A stretch of DNA of 64,000 bases from a virus. Within the stretch, counting starts at the first letter, position 1. The number at the start of each line of letters is the position of its first letter. Where the stretch lies: positions 32,001 to 96,000 of IMG/VR virus record IMGVR_UViG_3300038406_000196; one strand, given 5' to 3'. A program made the position numbers and the translations under genes. Shown in pieces: positions 37,080 to 45,872 of this stretch. Under the pieces are notes generated by a model. The model worked only from the letters and a program-made list of their open reading frames with translations. It was not told the DNA's origin and searched no databases.

Positions 37080-37265
37080 TTACCGCTGCCCCTGGGGACG
37101 CTCGACCAGCGCCGCATCAGCCACCGGCACGGGAACGACTGCGGCCACTCGACGACCGCGATGAGTCACGTAGGTGGTCCGCCCGTACACCGCTGCCTCG
37201 TTGATTACATCGGCCAGGCTGGCGCGTATCTCTCGGGTGCTCATCTCGGCGGGAGGCTGGGGCAT
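37080..37265 (-). CDS. Phd/YefM-family antitoxin (orphan)
   Basis: MSTREIRASLADVINEA...TYVTHRGRRVAAVVP. Confidence 0.85.
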   Translation of the reverse strand: MPQPPAEMSTREIRASLADVINEAAVYGRTTYVTHRGRRVAAVVPVPVADAALVERPQGQR

Positions 37266-37297
37266 GACACCAAGGGTACTACGTGTACACTGGTGTC

Positions 37298-37630
37298 ATG
37301 CCTTGCGACGCCGTCCAGCCGATGACCGTCTACGTGTTCAGGGTTGGCTGCTACGCGAAGATCGGGCGAACCAACGACATACGGCGCCGCCTCGCCGAGG
37401 TGAGCGCACGCACGCCGGGGTGCCTATACCCATCTGACCTTGACGCTGGCGACGCCACGCTCGAAGGCTTCATGTACGGCGACGAAGAGGTCGAACGCGC
37501 CATCCAGGACGCTTTCAGCGATCTGCACGTCATGGGTGAGTGGTTCCGTTACGACGAACGTCTCGGGAAGTGGGCTCAACGGCGGAGGCAGACTCTCCCG
37601 CCGTTACCGGGGCAACCGATCCGATTCTGA
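37298..37630 (+). CDS. GIY-YIG-like (T5orf172/MUG113) protein
   Basis: VYVF...KIGRT.D.RRRL...E...F...GEWF; TACACT 6 nt before ATG. Confidence 0.8.
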   Translation: MPCDAVQPMTVYVFRVGCYAKIGRTNDIRRRLAEVSARTPGCLYPSDLDAGDATLEGFMYGDEEVERAIQDAFSDLHVMGEWFRYDERLGKWAQRRRQTLPPLPGQPIRF

Positions 37631-37643
37631 GAGAGGTTCTTTC

Positions 37644-37823
37644 ATGCCACGCACTGGACCGCGGAAGCCACTGGTCGCCTTCCGCATGAGCGATGAGGGG
37701 CGTGCGTGGGCGGATCACCGAGCCCGCGAGGAGGGCGTGGACCGGTCGGAGTTGGTGCGGATCGCGATCGAGTACGCACAGCGAAACATGCCGGCCGGCT
37801 GGCGCCCTGATGGCGATCAGTGA
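37644..37823 (+). CDS. Ribbon-helix-helix protein
   Basis: VAFRMSDE...D.RA.EEGV.RSELVR.AI. Confidence 0.8.
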   Translation: MPRTGPRKPLVAFRMSDEGRAWADHRAREEGVDRSELVRIAIEYAQRNMPAGWRPDGDQ

Positions 37824-37902
37824 GCCCAACCGGTCGGAGATGATCCGGATCGCGCTGGCCTACGCCGCCCGGCACATGCCGAAGGGATGGCGACCAGAGT
37901 GA
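37810..37902 (+). pseudogene. Duplicated C-terminal half of RHH gene
   Basis: NRSEMIRIALAYAARHMPKGWRPE vs DRSELVRIAIEYAQRNMPAGWRPD. Confidence 0.6.
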
Positions 37903-38603
37903 CGACAACATCCGGTGATTCCATCGCGGATCTGATCCACCGAGACATTGAGGCCGTCATCAGGCCAGTGATCAACCACGCCCTGCGGAAGCAGCAGCGG
38001 TGGAACGAACTGCTGCCCGATCCTGCATTCCACACTTACGCTCGGGTCAAGTGGTGGAGTCTCGGCTGCCTGATCGGTTGCGCCGTATTGCTACTCGTTG
38101 GCCTCGTGGCCGACCTGTGGTTGGCGGTAGTCCTCGCCGCCGGAACCGGCGTTGTTGTGGCCGCGGCCGTCTTCCTCCTCTCGGCTGGCTGCCTGTGGGG
38201 CTATATACGTGGTTTCAAGGAACGCGAACTGATCGAGTCGAGGAGCCGCATAGAGGCGGACCTACGGACGTGGCTCGACCTGCCTAGGGCGCCCGACGGC
38301 CACGGTCACCTGTACGTGATCCAGTTCTCCAACTACGTGATCAAGGTTGGGCAGACCAACCACATCGCCCGGCGCCTACCCGAGCACCGCCACGACGCCC
38401 GGACCTTCGACCTGACGATCACCAAGGTCTGGACCTCGCCGGCCCATGCGGACTACCTCGGCAATGAGACTCGCCTGCTTGTAGCGGTTGCGAAGATGCA
38501 CGACGCAGGCAGGGCCAAGCGCGAGTACTTCCACGACGCGGAGTTCGACAAGGTAGTCACGCTGGCCGAGTCTCTAGTCGGTGCCGCGGTTCCGGCGACG
38601 TAG
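37899..38603 (+). CDS. Membrane-anchored GIY-YIG-like (T5orf172) protein
   Basis: Two TMs then LYVIQF...IKVGQT...RRL..H...E..L...EYF. Confidence 0.75.
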   Translation: MTTTSGDSIADLIHRDIEAVIRPVINHALRKQQRWNELLPDPAFHTYARVKWWSLGCLIGCAVLLLVGLVADLWLAVVLAAGTGVVVAAAVFLLSAGCLWGYIRGFKERELIESRSRIEADLRTWLDLPRAPDGHGHLYVIQFSNYVIKVGQTNHIARRLPEHRHDARTFDLTITKVWTSPAHADYLGNETRLLVAVAKMHDAGRAKREYFHDAEFDKVVTLAESLVGAAVPAT

Positions 38604-38822
38604 CTCCTCCAGCGCGGCTTCTCTCGCATCGCCGGCCGGCATGGCCAGCACGGCGGCTAGGGCTTGCACGGAGTCCTCGGCAACCCGCCGATGCCCTTTG
38701 GCCATCCGGTATGAGCGGAGCAGGCCCTCGTCGGCGTAACGGCGGACCGTCTCTGTGTGGACGCCGCCGAGGATGCGGGCGGCAGCCCCGACCGTGAGCC
38801 ACCTCGTGCCGCCGTCGCTCAC
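38574..38822 (-). CDS. BldC/MerR-like HTH protein
   Basis: LTVGAAARILG.VHTETVRRYADEGLL..YR...GHRRV; GAGGAGG RBS. Confidence 0.8.
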   Translation of the reverse strand: MSDGGTRWLTVGAAARILGGVHTETVRRYADEGLLRSYRMAKGHRRVAEDSVQALAAVLAMPAGDAREAALEELRRRNRGTD

Positions 38823-38839
38823 CACCCGACGTGATCCTC

Positions 38840-38975
38840 CTCGCAGGTCTCGCGAGTCTCGCGAGTTGCCCAATGATCGCAGACCTCGCTCTCCTGCGCG
38901 AGCACCGGCATGTCCAACCGAGCTGGAATCCTCACACGCCTCGCGGCTCTCACTAGACTCGCAATCCTCACTATC
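38840..38975. repeat. Two arrays of 9-bp phased CTC(A/G)C repeats
   Basis: CTCGCAGGT-CTCGCGAGT-CTCGCGAGT (38840) and CTCACACGC-CTCGCGGCT-CTCACTAGA-CTCGCAATC-CTCACTATC (38931). Confidence 0.7.
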
Positions 38976-38994
38976 TTCTGCCATGATGGTCAAC

Positions 38995-40032
38995 GTGACT
39001 GACCCCCGACCGGATACCCGAACCGGACACCCGACCGCCGCCGCCCCGGATAGCCGGCCCGGTGTCCGGATGCTGCGCTTCACCCCACCCGGCGCCGCAC
39101 TCGCCGTGGCGTTCGTCCTCCAGGTCGTCCTCATCACAGACCTGGTCGGCACCCAGCTGGCGGATAGGCAGGCGGATACCGGGCCGCCGTGGATCTGGTA
39201 CACGCTCGCCGGGACGCTCGGGGTGGCCGTCGCGACCTCCATCGAGATGGCCGCCGCCTATCTGATGTGGCTGTACGACCAGCACCTGCGCAAGCGCGAC
39301 AGCGTGTGGCAGCTGCGCCTCGGGATGGTCGGCTACGTGGCCGTATCCGCCATGGCCATCCACTGGTGGCTCGGATACCGCGGCCTGCCGGAACTGATCG
39401 CCTGGGTCCTGGCCGGCATGTCCGGCTCGTCGCTGTGGCTGTGGTCTCGCGGGTCTCGCTGGTCGCAGCGGCAGGAGATGCTTTCCGCAGGTCAGATCGA
39501 CCCCGCCCTACCCCGGCTCCCCACCGCGGCGAAGCTGCTGCACCCTATCCGGTCGGTCATCACCACGTTCCTGATCTCGTGGGAGCCGGTATCCACCGTT
39601 GATGAGGCTCGGGCGCGGTACGAGTCGTGGCGGATAGGGCCGCACTGGTGGCTCCGGACACCCGCCGTACCCACCGAGGCGGATAGGCAAGCCCAGCGCA
39701 ACGGTGATGCGGTCACCGTCCGGCCGGATACCGACGCCGGACAGGAGCCGGACTCCCCCCTGGCTCCTGTCCGGAGCATCAACAGCCGGACAGGCCGGAA
39801 CCGGCCGCGCCGGGCGGCCCGTGAGGTATCCGACGAGGAGCTGGCGCGCGAGCTGGATAGGAGTTTCCCGGACAGGGTGCCCGGTGTGCCGACGGCTATG
39901 CCGCATCTCCGGAAGGTCTTCGGTTCGTGTTCCCGTGACCGGGCATCGGCGGCTGTCCGGCGGCTATCCGGTTGGCGTGACAGCGGACAGGTCGACACAG
40001 ACGACGAGGAGCCTGAGGTGGTAGCGGCATGA
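38995..40032 (+). CDS. Multi-TM Spd/DUF2637-like protein with putative C-terminal HTH
   Basis: About 4 TM helices, flexible linker, helical tail (...SRDRASAAVRRL); upstream of FtsK; CATGAT 7 nt before GTG. Confidence 0.65.
   Translation: MTDPRPDTRTGHPTAAAPDSRPGVRMLRFTPPGAALAVAFVLQVVLITDLVGTQLADRQADTGPPWIWYTLAGTLGVAVATSIEMAAAYLMWLYDQHLRKRDSVWQLRLGMVGYVAVSAMAIHWWLGYRGLPELIAWVLAGMSGSSLWLWSRGSRWSQRQEMLSAGQIDPALPRLPTAAKLLHPIRSVITTFLISWEPVSTVDEARARYESWRIGPHWWLRTPAVPTEADRQAQRNGDAVTVRPDTDAGQEPDSPLAPVRSINSRTGRNRPRRAAREVSDEELARELDRSFPDRVPGVPTAMPHLRKVFGSCSRDRASAAVRRLSGWRDSGQVDTDDEEPEVVAA
39010..39990. repeat. Dispersed CGGAYA motif array within coding sequence
   Basis: About 22 exact copies by hand count, both orientations. 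Confidence 0.8.
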
Positions 40033-40142
40033 ACATCTGGCGATCCCGCAAGTCCAAGGAGCCTGTCAACCGGCGGCTCCAGTGGCTGGGCACTGCCCTG
40101 CTGGTGGCCGGGGTCATCGGCCTGCTGGCGGAGTTGACGTGA
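40029..40142 (+). CDS. Small membrane peptide
   Basis: ATGA and GTGA overlaps; one TM. Confidence 0.55.
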   Translation: MNIWRSRKSKEPVNRRLQWLGTALLVAGVIGLLAELT

Positions 40143-43100
40143 GCGAGTACGAGGTGCAGCCTCCGCGCGAGGACTTTGACGCCAAGCCACTGCCGGCGTG
40201 GAGGCGCAGCGGGTTGGCGGTTGGGCGGACGCTGGTGTGGCTGAGGCTGGTCCGGCCGGCTGGCGAGCCTGTGACCAGGGGAAACGGCCGCGGGTTGGTG
40301 CGGCGGGCCGGTCGGTGGCTGGTTGTGCGGGGGCTGGCGAGTGCGGCGTTCCGGCCGGGCCGGTGGGCTGCCGGGGGAGCCGCTCTGCTGCTGATTTCGC
40401 CTCTGCCGTGGCAGTCAATCCTGATTACTCTCAGTGCCTACGGCCTAACTCCTGTTGCGGCGACCTGTGATCGCTACGCGTCAAGGTCGACAACTATCCT
40501 ATCGGCCGTGTCAAGGCGGGTCAAGAGCCTCAGGCTCGCCCGTCGACTCAAGAACGGCTGGCTGCCGGAGATGGGGCGGCTCGGTCTGACGCAACGCCGG
40601 GAGCGACGGAACGAGACCATCACCATCGCCCCGAACCTCGGCACCATCACTCTCACCGACTGGGGCGTGCGGTGCGACCGCATCAGCCTCCAGGATCTCG
40701 GCCTGCCGGTGTCCGAACTCGCGAAGTACCGCGGGCACCTCGCGTCCCGGTTCCGGGTGCCGTGGTGCGCCATCGAGGAGGTCACCTCCGGCGTAGCCCA
40801 GATGGAGATGCGCCACTCCGACCCGCTGGCCGAGCCCGTCCGGGTGGAAGACCTGCCCGCGCCCAAGCGGCAGCTGCACGTGGTGACCCGAGTGACCGAG
40901 GAAGGCGACGGGCTGGAGCAGGAAGTGGTGCTCCCCCACTTGGTGATAGGCGGGCAAGGCTCGGGCAAGGCGCTGGCCCTGGATACTCCGATCCCCACCC
41001 CCAACGGCTGGACGACGATGGGGGCGCTACAGACCGGCGACCGCGTGTTCGACGAGCGCGGCCAGGCGTGCAAGGTCACCAAGGCGTACCCCGTCCTGCA
41101 CGGCCGCCCCTGCTACGAGGTGGAGTTCTCCGACGGCACCGTGATCGTTGCCGACGCTGACCACCAGTGGATCACCGAGACCCGAGCCGAACGGGTACGT
41201 GCCGGGCGAGGCGGCTACAGCGGTCGTGCGCCGTACTCCGACGAACAGCTCGCGCTAGTGAGGTCCCGCGCTGCGGCTGCGATGGTCGAGCCGGACCGGC
41301 TGGTAACCCTGCCCGAGATAGCGGCAGAGGTCGGGCTGCATCCCACCTCTGGGGTGCTTCACCGAGTAGGTCGGCAGATCGGCGTCGCGGGCGTGGTGCT
41401 GCGGCCGAACACGACACCCCGGGGGAAGCCCTGCCAGTCACCCAAGCAGGGCTACCCCCGCCAACTGCTGTTCAAAGCACTCCTTGAGGCGATGTCGACG
41501 CCGAAGAACTCGCATCGAATTGCGAGGCACGGCGGGACCGTGACCACAGCTGAGATCGCAAGCACCCTGCGTGAGGTCGGTGGCGCGGCAAGGCATGCCG
41601 TTCTGGTGGCTGGGCCTCTTGACTACCCGGAAGCCGAACTCCCGGTTCCCCCGTACGTGCTCGGGGCGTGGCTTGGGGACGGTACCTCGGCGTCGGCAAC
41701 GTTCACCACGGCCGATCCGGAGATCATCGACCACATCAGGGCCGAAGGCGTGGTGGCCAAGCACTACGGTCGCTATCTCTACGGGCTTTCGCTGCCCTTT
41801 GTCGTTGACGAGCGGCAGCGGCGGTGCCCCTGCGGGAATTGGGCGCTGCCGCGGCTGGACCGTTGTGGGCTATGCGCTTCACGAAACGCAGCCACCTGCG
41901 TCGTGTGTGGCGCACGTTGCCGGGGTGTTCGGTGTGGTTCCTGCGTGAACGCCACCCGTACCCTGACCGGGACTCTCCGCACGCTCGGCGTTCTGCCTGG
42001 CAAGCACATTCCCCGGGCGTACCTGCAAGCATCCGTCCAGCAACGCCGTGCCCTCCTGGCCGGGCTACTGGACACCGACGGCAGCTGCACGGTTCGCGGT
42101 ACCGTGGAGTTCTATTCCACGAACGAACGCCTAGCCCGCGGCGTTCTTGAGCTGTCCATCGGCCTTGGCTACAAGGCAACGCTGAGGAGTAAGACGGCCA
42201 GGCTTGAGGGTCGAGACTGCGGCGTCGCCTGGACCGTAGCTTTCACCGCGCACGAGCCGGTGTTCCGTCTGGCGAGAAAGGCGGAACGACAGCGCTTCGT
42301 GACCCAGCGTTCGCGGAGCCGGCGGCGGTACATCATCTCCGCCGGTCCGGTGCCGTCCGTCCCGGTGCGGTGCATCCAGGTCGACAGCCCGAGTCACCTC
42401 TACCTGGCCAGCGAGGGCTGCGTAGCTACTCATAACAGCACGGACCTGTGGACATACTTCCACCAGCTCCAGGAAGCCGAGATCCCGTTCCGGGCCCGGG
42501 TGTTCGACCCGAAGGGCGGCATGGAGCTGGGCGAGCTGCGTCACGCCGCGTACGTCTACGAGTCGAAGGCGACCGCGTGGCCGGACTTCCTCGGGAAGGG
42601 GTTGACGGCGCTGGAGGGCCGCCAGAGGAGCCTGGCTCGGCGTGGTTGGCAGAAGCTGTACCGCTTCACCGAGCACGACCCGCTGGACGTGATGGTGATC
42701 GACGAACTGCTCGCGGTGCTGGCGATGCGGAACAAGGACGTGCAGATCGGCAAGACCGGCACGCTGAAGGCGGGTGACGCGTTCGACCTGTACCTGAGCC
42801 AGGCCCGCGCGGCCGGGTTCACCGTCATCGCCCTGTCCCAGCTCGGGCAGAAGGAGCTGATCGGTCATGCGCGGGGCCTGTTCCCGCACCTCACCGTGCT
42901 GCGGGTTCCCCAGTCGGAGAAGGAGATCGTGGACCGGCTGCTCGGGTCGGCCGACCGGTATCCGGCGCACCTGATCCCGGCTACGCGGTGGAGCGCCGGT
43001 ATCGGCTACTCGCGCATGGAGTCAGGTCGGATCGTCCGTACCCGCGGAGCGCGGCTGTCCGAGGACCAGCGGGAGCTAGTGGTCGAGCGGATGGAGTCCG

Positions 43101-43156
43101 CGAAGCGGGGCCGGGCGAAAGACCAAGACCATGAGATGGCGGAGGCGGCAGCATGA
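40139..43156 (+). CDS. FtsK/SpoIIIE (TraB-like) ATPase containing an intein
   Basis: N-terminal hydrophobic region, Walker A GGQGSGK|S, DPKGGMEL, Walker B VMVIDE, ARAAG...SQ. Confidence 0.88.
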   Translation: MSEYEVQPPREDFDAKPLPAWRRSGLAVGRTLVWLRLVRPAGEPVTRGNGRGLVRRAGRWLVVRGLASAAFRPGRWAAGGAALLLISPLPWQSILITLSAYGLTPVAATCDRYASRSTTILSAVSRRVKSLRLARRLKNGWLPEMGRLGLTQRRERRNETITIAPNLGTITLTDWGVRCDRISLQDLGLPVSELAKYRGHLASRFRVPWCAIEEVTSGVAQMEMRHSDPLAEPVRVEDLPAPKRQLHVVTRVTEEGDGLEQEVVLPHLVIGGQGSGKALALDTPIPTPNGWTTMGALQTGDRVFDERGQACKVTKAYPVLHGRPCYEVEFSDGTVIVADADHQWITETRAERVRAGRGGYSGRAPYSDEQLALVRSRAAAAMVEPDRLVTLPEIAAEVGLHPTSGVLHRVGRQIGVAGVVLRPNTTPRGKPCQSPKQGYPRQLLFKALLEAMSTPKNSHRIARHGGTVTTAEIASTLREVGGAARHAVLVAGPLDYPEAELPVPPYVLGAWLGDGTSASATFTTADPEIIDHIRAEGVVAKHYGRYLYGLSLPFVVDERQRRCPCGNWALPRLDRCGLCASRNAATCVVCGARCRGVRCGSCVNATRTLTGTLRTLGVLPGKHIPRAYLQASVQQRRALLAGLLDTDGSCTVRGTVEFYSTNERLARGVLELSIGLGYKATLRSKTARLEGRDCGVAWTVAFTAHEPVFRLARKAERQRFVTQRSRSRRRYIISAGPVPSVPVRCIQVDSPSHLYLASEGCVATHNSTDLWTYFHQLQEAEIPFRARVFDPKGGMELGELRHAAYVYESKATAWPDFLGKGLTALEGRQRSLARRGWQKLYRFTEHDPLDVMVIDELLAVLAMRNKDVQIGKTGTLKAGDAFDLYLSQARAAGFTVIALSQLGQKELIGHARGLFPHLTVLRVPQSEKEIVDRLLGSADRYPAHLIPATRWSAGIGYSRMESGRIVRTRGARLSEDQRELVVERMESAKRGRAKDQDHEMAEAAA
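40970..42436 (+). mobile_element. Class 3-type intein with LAGLIDADG endonuclease in the P-loop
   Basis: Starts ALALDTPIPTP, ends ATHN/S; HQW, VRCIQVD and THN (W-C-T triad); LGAWLGDG and LLAGLLDTDG. Confidence 0.92.
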
Positions 43157-43530
43157 CCACCGCGGGCCGACGCAACCTCGGCGGTGGACTGATGCTGACC
43201 GCGGTAGGCGATGCGGACCTGGCGCCGCTCGGCGTGATCGAGGGTGTCGAGCTGGACGAGTGCGTCTTCGTGATCGACAACGGGCGCCTGGACGTGGCCG
43301 GCGAGCGGATGGTCCGGACCAGCGCCGAGCGCGCCGCCGTTTGGGTGGTGTTCACCCGTCATCGACTCACGTGCCCCGGCGGGGTCGATCCGGTGCTGTG
43401 TGGCTGCACGCCCGACCCGGAGGACTTCCACGTCTACGAAGCCGAGCCCGGCGCGGAGGGCGCGATACCGGTTCGGCCAGACGAGCCAGCCGGCCCGCGG
43501 CGGCGCGAGAAGGCGGGAGCGGCGGCATGA
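43153..43530 (+). CDS. Hypothetical protein
   Basis: ATGA coupling. Confidence 0.65.
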   Translation: MTTAGRRNLGGGLMLTAVGDADLAPLGVIEGVELDECVFVIDNGRLDVAGERMVRTSAERAAVWVVFTRHRLTCPGGVDPVLCGCTPDPEDFHVYEAEPGAEGAIPVRPDEPAGPRRREKAGAAA

Positions 43531-44072
43531 CCGAGCGGGAACACTACGAGTTCCTGACCGGCCCACCCGAGTGGGTGCAGCGGCAGGTCGAGCAGCGGTG
43601 GCGCACCGGGAAACTGCTCGGCGTCACCCAGGCCAGGCCGGACCCTGAGGGCTGCCGGGTTCGGCTGCGGCTGGCCGGCCCCGCACCGGTCCAGCCTGCC
43701 CGGCAGACGACACCTGCCCGACGCTCCGCTGCGGATCCGGCCGCGGTGTGGCCTCGGACGACCCTGCTGGGACAGACCCGGCCGGTGGCGGCGAGGGACT
43801 GGAGCCCCGCAGTGCGGCCGGTGCTACTGGCCGTAGGCGGGCTGGCCCTGCTGGTTGGGGTGCTGTGGCTGGTCGTGGCCGCGGTGACCGGTGCCGTCCG
43901 GGCTGCCACGCAGAACGTGCCGGTGTTGCTGCTGGCCCTGATCGCTGCGGGCATCGCCGGCCGGCTGTGGCTGCGGTGGTGGCTGCGGAACCGGGGCCGC
44001 TCCAGTGGCGGCAGTGGCGGGGCGTGCTCCGGGCTGGTGCAGCACTGCAACGGCTGCTCGGAGCACCGCTGA
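43527..44072 (+). CDS. Membrane protein with C-terminal C..HC.GC motif
   Basis: Two TMs; coupled. Confidence 0.65.
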   Translation: MTEREHYEFLTGPPEWVQRQVEQRWRTGKLLGVTQARPDPEGCRVRLRLAGPAPVQPARQTTPARRSAADPAAVWPRTTLLGQTRPVAARDWSPAVRPVLLAVGGLALLVGVLWLVVAAVTGAVRAATQNVPVLLLALIAAGIAGRLWLRWWLRNRGRSSGGSGGACSGLVQHCNGCSEHR

Positions 44073-44140
44073 TGGCGTTCATGTTCGTACCCGCGCTGAT
44101 GGCGGCACTGACCCCGGACTGCCCGATAGAGGAGCTGTTG

Positions 44141-44245
44141 ATGGACCTTTGGATCTTGGTAGCCGGCGGGGTGGTCGCCGTCCTTGTGTTCTACGGCTTC
44201 GTGGCGCTGCACCTCAAGCGGCAATACCAGCGGCGGAGGAGGTGA
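44141..44245 (+). CDS. Small membrane peptide
   Basis: GAGGAG RBS; TM plus basic tail. Confidence 0.5.
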   Translation: MDLWILVAGGVVAVLVFYGFVALHLKRQYQRRRR

Positions 44246-44361
44246 CGGTGGTGAGCCGTGCCAGGACGAGAGCCAGGACACGACGACGCCGAGCCACGCG
44301 TCGCGACCGTCACGACCGGCGCACCCGCCGGCCCATGACCCGCAGAAAGGGGGTGAGAAAC

Positions 44362-44547
44362 ATGAAGGAGACCTTCTGGGTTTTCGTCTCTTGGGTTGCA
44401 GCAACCGGCGGCCTGGCCTACGTGACCATGAACGCCGTTCCCGAGTCTGACCCGATGCTGATGGTGGGTGGCAGCGCCGCCCTGTCGGGGCTCGTGGTCG
44501 GCGTTGTCGCCCACATGGTGGTGCCGAAGCGGAAGAAGCGGGCGTGA
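44362..44547 (+). CDS. Small 2-TM protein
   Basis: RBS; hydrophobic. Confidence 0.6.
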   Translation: MKETFWVFVSWVAATGGLAYVTMNAVPESDPMLMVGGSAALSGLVVGVVAHMVVPKRKKRA

Positions 44548-44765
44548 ACTTCGTCCCGGTCCAGCCGCGCCGCCAGCCACGCAGGTCCGGCTGGCGGCTG
44601 TGGCTGCTGTTCGCCTGGCGGTGGGCGGTCGTCGGCTTCCTGGCCTCAGCCACCGTCTGGGCGACGGTGCAGTGGGCCACCGAACCCGACGTGCCCGCCT
44701 CTGCTGTTCCGGTGGTGGCCGGGCTGTACGTGCTGATGGTGTTCGCTGCGGCGGCACCCCGATGA
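44544..44765 (+). CDS. Small 2-TM protein
   Basis: GTGA coupling. Confidence 0.6.
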   Translation: MNFVPVQPRRQPRRSGWRLWLLFAWRWAVVGFLASATVWATVQWATEPDVPASAVPVVAGLYVLMVFAAAAPR

Positions 44766-44837
44766 CCGGGAGGGAGGTGAGGACATGACGACTGCGGCAC
44801 AGGGCCTGCGTAAGCGCTGACCGGTAGGAGGAGCGAC

Positions 44838-44933
44838 ATGGCACGGGACAACACGCCGCGGTGCCCCCACTGCGGTGCTCGCAACCCGCACGGCACCGCC
44901 TGCCAGGCCAAGCCGCGCGACAACAGCAAGTAG
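44838..44933 (+). CDS. Micro-protein with CPHC..H..C motif
   Basis: AGGAGGAG RBS. Confidence 0.5.
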   Translation: MARDNTPRCPHCGARNPHGTACQAKPRDNSK

Positions 44934-45029
44934 CGCCGGGCGGTGAACGCCTGTCCGGCGCGCGTCCCCGTCCCGGACAGGTCTTGACCGGCCGGAACCG
45001 GCACCAACGATGGAGAGAGGCAGACAGCA

Positions 45030-45305
45030 GTGGACCACGAGTGGTTCGGCGCGCTGGTCGACCAGTATCCGATCGCCCTCATCATCTGGGGCGCGATCGG
45101 GCTGATCCTGGGCGGCTTCTTTCCGGGCTGGCCCGGTAAACGCTCGTACCCGACGATCGCGATCGTGATGTTGGCGGGCTCTGTTGCCGTGCTGGCCGGG
45201 TGGGCTGGCTGGCCGTTCGATCTCGCGTTCATCGCCGGCTGGCTCGTCCTGACCGGCTGGTGCGTGATCGGCGCCCTGCTCGCGCCGGCCGGCGGGCGCC
45301 GATGA
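45030..45305 (+). CDS. 3-TM membrane protein
   Basis: Hydrophobic; coupled to next gene. Confidence 0.65.
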   Translation: MDHEWFGALVDQYPIALIIWGAIGLILGGFFPGWPGKRSYPTIAIVMLAGSVAVLAGWAGWPFDLAFIAGWLVLTGWCVIGALLAPAGGRR

Positions 45306-45835
45306 GCGGGCGGGTGCTGGGCCCGGCGATCCTGGTGGTCTGCCTGGTCGCTGGCGTGTATGTGATGGAAAACCGCGCCGAGCAGGCGGGCGCCGACCCT
45401 GCGGGTTCGAGCTCGAACCGGGGCTGCCCGGCGGAGGTGGCCGGCTGGGACCGGAAGCAGACCGCCAACGCCAAGGTCATCGTCCGGGTGGCCGGCGAGC
45501 TGGACATGCCCGACCGGGCCGTGGTGGTGGCTCTGGCAACGGCGATGCAGGAGTCCAACGTGCGCAACGTTGACCACGGCCCACCCGGTGAGGACTCGGC
45601 GGGCGTGTTCCAGCAGCGGCCGAGCCAGGGGTGGGGGAGCCGTGCCCAGGTGATGGACGTCGAGCACGCCGCGACGTCGTTCTTCCTGTCGCTGCGGAAG
45701 GTTGACGGCTGGGAGGACATGCGGGTCACCGACGCCGCCCAGCGGGTACAGCGGTCAGCGTTCCCGGAGGCGTACCAGAAGCATGTCCCAGCGGCGCGGA
45801 AGCTGGCGAAGAAGCTGCGGGGCTGCCGGCGCTGA
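45302..45835 (+). CDS. Exported lysozyme-like cell-wall hydrolase domain protein
   Basis: ALATAMQES..RN..HG..DS.GVFQQRPSQGWG...VQRSAFP.AY; N-terminal anchor. Confidence 0.75.
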   Translation: MSGRVLGPAILVVCLVAGVYVMENRAEQAGADPAGSSSNRGCPAEVAGWDRKQTANAKVIVRVAGELDMPDRAVVVALATAMQESNVRNVDHGPPGEDSAGVFQQRPSQGWGSRAQVMDVEHAATSFFLSLRKVDGWEDMRVTDAAQRVQRSAFPEAYQKHVPAARKLAKKLRGCRR

Positions 45836-45872
45836 TCGCCCCGTGACCCGCAGCCTGAGCGCTGGGGCCTGC

